From an uncultured Ignavibacteriota bacterium (GTDB lineage Bacteria > Bacteroidota > Ignavibacteria > UBA10030 > BY39), in contig CAMTWO010000022.1 in the NCBI GenBank assembly GCA_947085405.1, positions 50,912 to 114,911 of the forward strand: a stretch of DNA of 64,000 bases. Direction: 5' to 3'. The first letter of the stretch is position 1; every line of letters begins with the position of its first letter. Shown one piece after another: positions 60,645 through 64,000 of this stretch. The translations under genes were made by a program, and so were the position numbers. Under the pieces are notes generated by a model. That model was not told where the DNA came from. It saw only the letters and a program-made list of their open reading frames with translations, and ran no database searches.

Positions 60645-61327
60645 TCTTTGCCTCGTGTGAATGGCACAAACCGGACAGGTAAAATATTTTTAGTTTTTAT
60701 TTTACCCTCTTTCTTTTCTACCAACATTAAATTTTGGACTTGAAACGGATGTCCGACGGGAATTATCATTTTTCCACCCTCTTTCAATTGTTCAATCAAC
60801 GGCGGGGGTATATGCTCGGCGGCGGCAGTTACGATGATTGCATCGAAAGGTGCAAACTCTTTCCATCCGTAGTATCCATCGGCAACTTTTACCTGGACTT
60901 TCTTATATCCCATTTTTTTTAATTTATCGGCAGCGGTCAAACCCAATTCTTTTATAATTTCGATTGTGTAAACCGAATCGGTAATTTCGGCAAGCACAGC
61001 CGCCTGATATCCCGAACCTGTTCCGATTTCAAGCGCTCTCTCTCCCGGTTTTATATCTGCGAGTTCAGTCATCAATGCTACGATGTATGGTTGCGAAATA
61101 GTTTGTCCATATCCGATTGGAACAGGATGATCGTTGTAAGCTTGAGATAAGTATGCTGCCGGAACCAACTGGTGCCGAAGAACTGCCCGCATTGCATCAA
61201 GCACATATTTATCCTTCACTCCCCTGTCTTCGATTTGGAATTTAACCATATCGTTGCGGAGCTTTGTATATTTATCTTGAGTCAGTAACGGTAAGATAAA
61301 AAAGAATATGAATATTAGTTTTATCAT
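60641..61327 (-). CDS. pcm: Protein-L-isoaspartate O-methyltransferase (with signal peptide)
   Basis: Start chosen at MIKLIFIFF (61327). Family blocks are present (GYGQTISQPYIVALMTE, LEIGTGSGYQAAVLAE). The longer ORF extension only translates GC-rich hairpins. Confidence 0.9.
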   Translation of the reverse strand: MIKLIFIFFFILPLLTQDKYTKLRNDMVKFQIEDRGVKDKYVLDAMRAVLRHQLVPAAYLSQAYNDHPVPIGYGQTISQPYIVALMTELADIKPGERALEIGTGSGYQAAVLAEITDSVYTIEIIKELGLTAADKLKKMGYKKVQVKVADGYYGWKEFAPFDAIIVTAAAEHIPPPLIEQLKEGGKMIIPVGHPFQVQNLMLVEKKEGKIKTKNILPVRFVPFTRGKE

Positions 61328-61356
61328 TGTTTTTCCCGAATGTTCTAAATGAATCT

Positions 61357-61415
61357 CCTCGCCGCAACCTGCCCGCCGTTCGCCTTGGCAGACTTTGGCA
61401 GGCGGGGCAGCGAGG
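61357..61415. repeat. GC-rich long hairpin upstream of pcm
   Basis: CCTCGC..TGCCCGCC pairs with GGCGGGGCA..GCGAGG. The loop contains a TTGGCA direct repeat. Confidence 0.6.
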
Positions 61416-61528
61416 TATTTGAAAACAAATATTTTTATTCGCCTCAAGAGGCGGGGGATTAACCCTCGTCCGCCTTCGGCGGATTAAAATTAGGAAACGC
61501 TTTTGAGAAAAGCAAAAGTAAATTGATT

Positions 61529-61640
61529 GAGTCATTTATACATTGATTCATTTATCTGTGCCATAGGTCGACGACTCGACTCGTAGAGCACATCAGCCTT
61601 CGGCTGACATTGAGTCAATGAAAAAATGATTCAATGATTC
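61529..61640. promoter_or_regulatory. Cluster of seven GANTC sites, five of them within TGA(G/T)TCA palindromes
   Basis: Sites: GAGTC 61529, GATTC 61545, GACTC 61573 and 61578, GAGTC 61612, GATTC 61628 and 61636. With equal base frequencies, about 0.4 sites would be expected in 112 bp. Confidence 0.6.
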
Positions 61641-61707
61641 AATGCTTAGGTTTAGGCAGGCATTACTCGTATCTCAATGCATCTATCGGGTCTAAATTCA
61701 CTCCCTT

Positions 61708-61772
61708 GGGACTCTTTTGTCCCGAAAGCTTTCGGGACGAAACGATAGCCAACCTGCCTGCCGGCGGGCAGG
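61708..61772. other. Mutually exclusive hairpins (GGGAC / GTCCC / GGGAC) followed by a CCTGCC...GGCAGG hairpin
   Basis: GGGAC (61708-61712), GTCCC (61719-61723) and GGGAC (61734-61738) are present, and GTCCCGAAAGCTTTCGGGAC is a perfect 20-nt palindrome. This is followed by CCTGCC-TGCCGGCG-GGCAGG (61753-61772). Confidence 0.55.
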
Positions 61773-61862
61773 AACGGTTTTGTCGAAATTGTCTTTATCG
61801 TCTGTGTCTGCTGTCAAGTTTAGTGTCTGAACTGTGATTTTAGGATTGCTGCCAACGGTTGA

Positions 61863-61970
61863 GGCTAAAAGCTGGCGGGCATTTTGAAGCACTTCATTTT
61901 CAAAAAATTCAAAAGTTTATTTCTTGTAAACTGTTTAATATCCATACTTACTGCCCGCTTGCTTTTAGCC
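61863..61970. repeat. 19-nt inverted repeat pair bracketing the 3' end of the methyltransferase gene
   Basis: GGCTAAAAGCTGGCGGGCA (61863-61881) and TGCCCGCTTGCTTTTAGCC (61952-61970) are complementary at 17 of 19 positions and 70 nt apart. The right arm covers the methyltransferase stop codon. Confidence 0.6.
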
Positions 61971-62906
61971 TTTGTTAGCGGTTTGTGGTTCTTCTTCAAT
62001 CACTGTCAAGTCAAATACTATCTTTGTCTGTATTTTATATGGCTCAATTCTTTTTTTTGCAAGTTTTATATATTCTTTGCTTATGTCATAACCTACGTAT
62101 TTTCTGCCTGTCTTTAAAGCCGCAATCGCAGTTGTTCCACTCCCAATAAATGGGTCTAAAATTATGTCATTTTTGAAAGAGTAAAGTTGGATTAATCTGT
62201 TTGGTAATTCTTCTGGAAATGGTGCTGGATGTCCGATTCGTCTTGCACTTTCTGCATTCATTGTCCAAATGGACTTTGTCCATTCCATAAACTGATCTTT
62301 TGTTATTGAATTTTCCTTTTTTTCTTTTTCTCTTTTATAATCACCTTTTGAAAAAACCAAAATATATTCGTGAATGTCTCTAAGAATTGGATTTGATGCA
62401 CTTTGCCAACTCCCCCAAGCTGTTGAAGGGCTTGCACTTGCTGCTTTATTCCAAATTATTTCTCCACGCATATTAAAACCTATTTCAAGCATTATTTTTG
62501 AAATAAAGTCAGATAGTGGTATATATGGTTTGCGACCAAGATTAGCTACATTGATACAAGCACGCCCACCATTAACCAAAACACGATATGTTTCTTTAAA
62601 AGAGTTTTCTAGTAGTTGCAAATATTCTTTTAGCGAAAGGTCGTCATCATATTCTTTTGAAACATTGTAAGGTGGTGATGTTATCATTAAATGAATAGAG
62701 TTGTTTGGTAACTCATTCATATTTTCAGCAGAACCAAGAATTAATTTATTTATAAATTCTTTTGGTAACTCATTTTCAGTCTTATCTGTAACTTCTTTGC
62801 TTTCAAGCTCAGAATATAATCTTGAATTATAAAATTTTGAACTATCGTGATTAATCCTTCCGTTCGTTCCGAAAGCACTTGTTTCAGTTCCGTTTGGTCT
62901 TTTCAT
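61965..62906 (-). CDS. Beta-class DNA methyltransferase (SPPY motif, possibly N4-cytosine)
   Basis: Motif IV (MITSPPYNVSKEY) precedes motif I (LDPFIGSGTTAIAA). It starts 1 nt after the upstream nuclease gene stop. Confidence 0.85.
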   Translation of the reverse strand: MKRPNGTETSAFGTNGRINHDSSKFYNSRLYSELESKEVTDKTENELPKEFINKLILGSAENMNELPNNSIHLMITSPPYNVSKEYDDDLSLKEYLQLLENSFKETYRVLVNGGRACINVANLGRKPYIPLSDFISKIMLEIGFNMRGEIIWNKAASASPSTAWGSWQSASNPILRDIHEYILVFSKGDYKREKEKKENSITKDQFMEWTKSIWTMNAESARRIGHPAPFPEELPNRLIQLYSFKNDIILDPFIGSGTTAIAALKTGRKYVGYDISKEYIKLAKKRIEPYKIQTKIVFDLTVIEEEPQTANKG

Positions 62907-62907
62907 T

Positions 62908-63768
62908 TTAGCTTCGGATTAAGGTTAAGAATTTTTCTGCTTTTGCTATGTCAGTAGTTTCTTTACTTGCAATAGAAATTATTTTACCTAAATTATTTTT
63001 TGAAATCATTGATGAGAAATAATTCATATCGTTTTCTACAAGTTCTTTACATAGTTGCAGAATCGTTCCTGTCGTTTGGATTGTTTGAAACCCTTTATTT
63101 GGAGTAACTTTCACAAAATCACTGTCTGTTGGCTTGGGGTTAAGAGACCAGAAACCTTGAATGACGCCCGATGTTTTTAAGAAGTCAACTTTTTTAATAT
63201 AACTTTCTGTAATGGGGCTGTTGCCTAATACGATTACAGGAATTTTGGTAGAGGCAATTCCAGAAACTCGGATGTTAATTGATTTTCCTATTGCTTTGAG
63301 CATTGAGTCGGAACGAAGTAAAGCGGGGTTGCCCTTGTGCTGCTTGTAATCGCCTACGAAATTTACTTTGTTTGGTTGAATGAATTTGTAATTGGATACA
63401 ACACTCATTTTGATTTCAAAAAGTAACTTGATATTTTTTGCGTTTTGGATAACATTGTTTGTTGTGCAGAACGCAAGGTCAGCACTTGATTGGCGCGTTA
63501 GTCCAAGTTCATCACAAACAACACCATTTACGGCAAACAGTCCTAATCTTGTTGCGATTGGTTCAAAAAGTGTCTTGCTCCACTTTTCTGTAAATTGACC
63601 TATGAGTGAATTTCGGCTTTGTAAAGTTTGTCCTTCCGCGTCCGCACCTTTTGGAACATAAGCGTAGTATCCACCTTGCAGATTATAAAAAAGTTGTTCT
63701 GGAGAAGCAAAGTTTTTTAGTGCTTCTGTAAAGAATTGAATTTCAGTGTCGTTGTTCCAGAGTGTCAT
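62908..63768 (-). CDS. Putative type II restriction endonuclease (PD-ExK candidate)
   Basis: 286 aa directly upstream of the methyltransferase. Candidate catalytic motif: SSADLAFC ... IKLLFEIKMS (D ... ExK). No family recognised by memory. Confidence 0.5.
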   Translation of the reverse strand: MTLWNNDTEIQFFTEALKNFASPEQLFYNLQGGYYAYVPKGADAEGQTLQSRNSLIGQFTEKWSKTLFEPIATRLGLFAVNGVVCDELGLTRQSSADLAFCTTNNVIQNAKNIKLLFEIKMSVVSNYKFIQPNKVNFVGDYKQHKGNPALLRSDSMLKAIGKSINIRVSGIASTKIPVIVLGNSPITESYIKKVDFLKTSGVIQGFWSLNPKPTDSDFVKVTPNKGFQTIQTTGTILQLCKELVENDMNYFSSMISKNNLGKIISIASKETTDIAKAEKFLTLIRS

Positions 63769-64000
63769 TTTATTTATTTTTTCTAAAGATAATCATTGTA
63801 TTATGATTTCTGTCTTTCTTACCATAACCGCTAACGTGGGGCGGATCAGCCCCGCTGTTATCGGGATAAACTGTTTTTATTTTCTTGGGATAATATATAT
63901 TTTTTTTAAGTTTGAGTCAAGTGTTTTTTTAATTTTTTATTGACTTTTCATTATTTAACTGAAGTTACGCAAACATGCGAATAAGTGATATTTAACTGTA

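Noticed and set aside
61328-61447. N-terminal extension of the pcm ORF (MRRIKIFVFKYLAAPPAKVCQGERRAGCGEE...)
   Set aside because: The extension only translates GC-rich palindromes. The internal ATG at 61327 gives a clean signal peptide followed by the conserved Pcm core.
61734-61745. GGGACGAAAC after a stem looked like a hammerhead ribozyme core
   Set aside because: No CUGAUGA box or compatible stem I/III arrangement was found on either strand nearby.
61634-61892. Two overlapping small ORFs (67 aa on +, 64 aa on -) in the hairpin-rich gap
   Set aside because: Both are translations of palindromic hairpins on opposite strands. Neither has an RBS or a protein-like composition.
1-64000. Search for transposases, integrases, tRNA/rRNA genes and CRISPR arrays
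   Set aside because: I recognised none by reading the ORF track and the intergenic regions. The accessory segments therefore lack an obvious mobility gene within this window.

Overview
This is a low-GC bacterial chromosomal segment. Several proteins carry T9SS C-terminal sorting domains (NYPNPFN...), which points to an FCB-group organism (Ignavibacteria/Bacteroidota-like); this taxonomic call is inference. I found no rRNA, tRNA, CRISPR array, transposase or integrase.

Layout:
- 1-12.5 kb (+ strand): a copper/heavy-metal resistance island. It holds cusB (5' truncated, fused to a cupredoxin-like module), cusA, a DUF2231 protein, a stand-alone cupredoxin, a two-domain multicopper oxidase, several uncharacterised secreted proteins, an HMA lipoprotein and a copA P-type ATPase.
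- 12.5-25.4 kb: ispE, then a long minus-strand block with a large T9SS protein, ccmABCDE (CcmE is the CxxxY variant), an HExxH T9SS protein, an FG-GAP protein, a thioesterase and bamD.
- 25.4-32.1 kb: a response regulator and a 1982-aa PAS/GAF histidine kinase.
- 32-57 kb: mostly housekeeping genes. These are a thiolase-hbd-acd operon, ompA, rho, folC, pyrDK, folE/queD, peroxiredoxins and UDP-sugar genes.
- 57-64 kb: accessory-looking region.

Most notable observations:
- A methyltransferase/PD-ExK nuclease pair sits inside the thiolase-hbd-acd operon and is translationally coupled to it.
- A second R-M pair lies at 62-63.8 kb, next to a 640-bp noncoding region with many hairpins and a dense GANTC / TGA(G/T)TCA cluster.
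- At 57.4-58.3 kb there is a module of a structured element, 19-bp tandem palindromes, a small basic protein and an SNase-like nuclease.
- Beside that module is a decayed lutA'-'lutC remnant.
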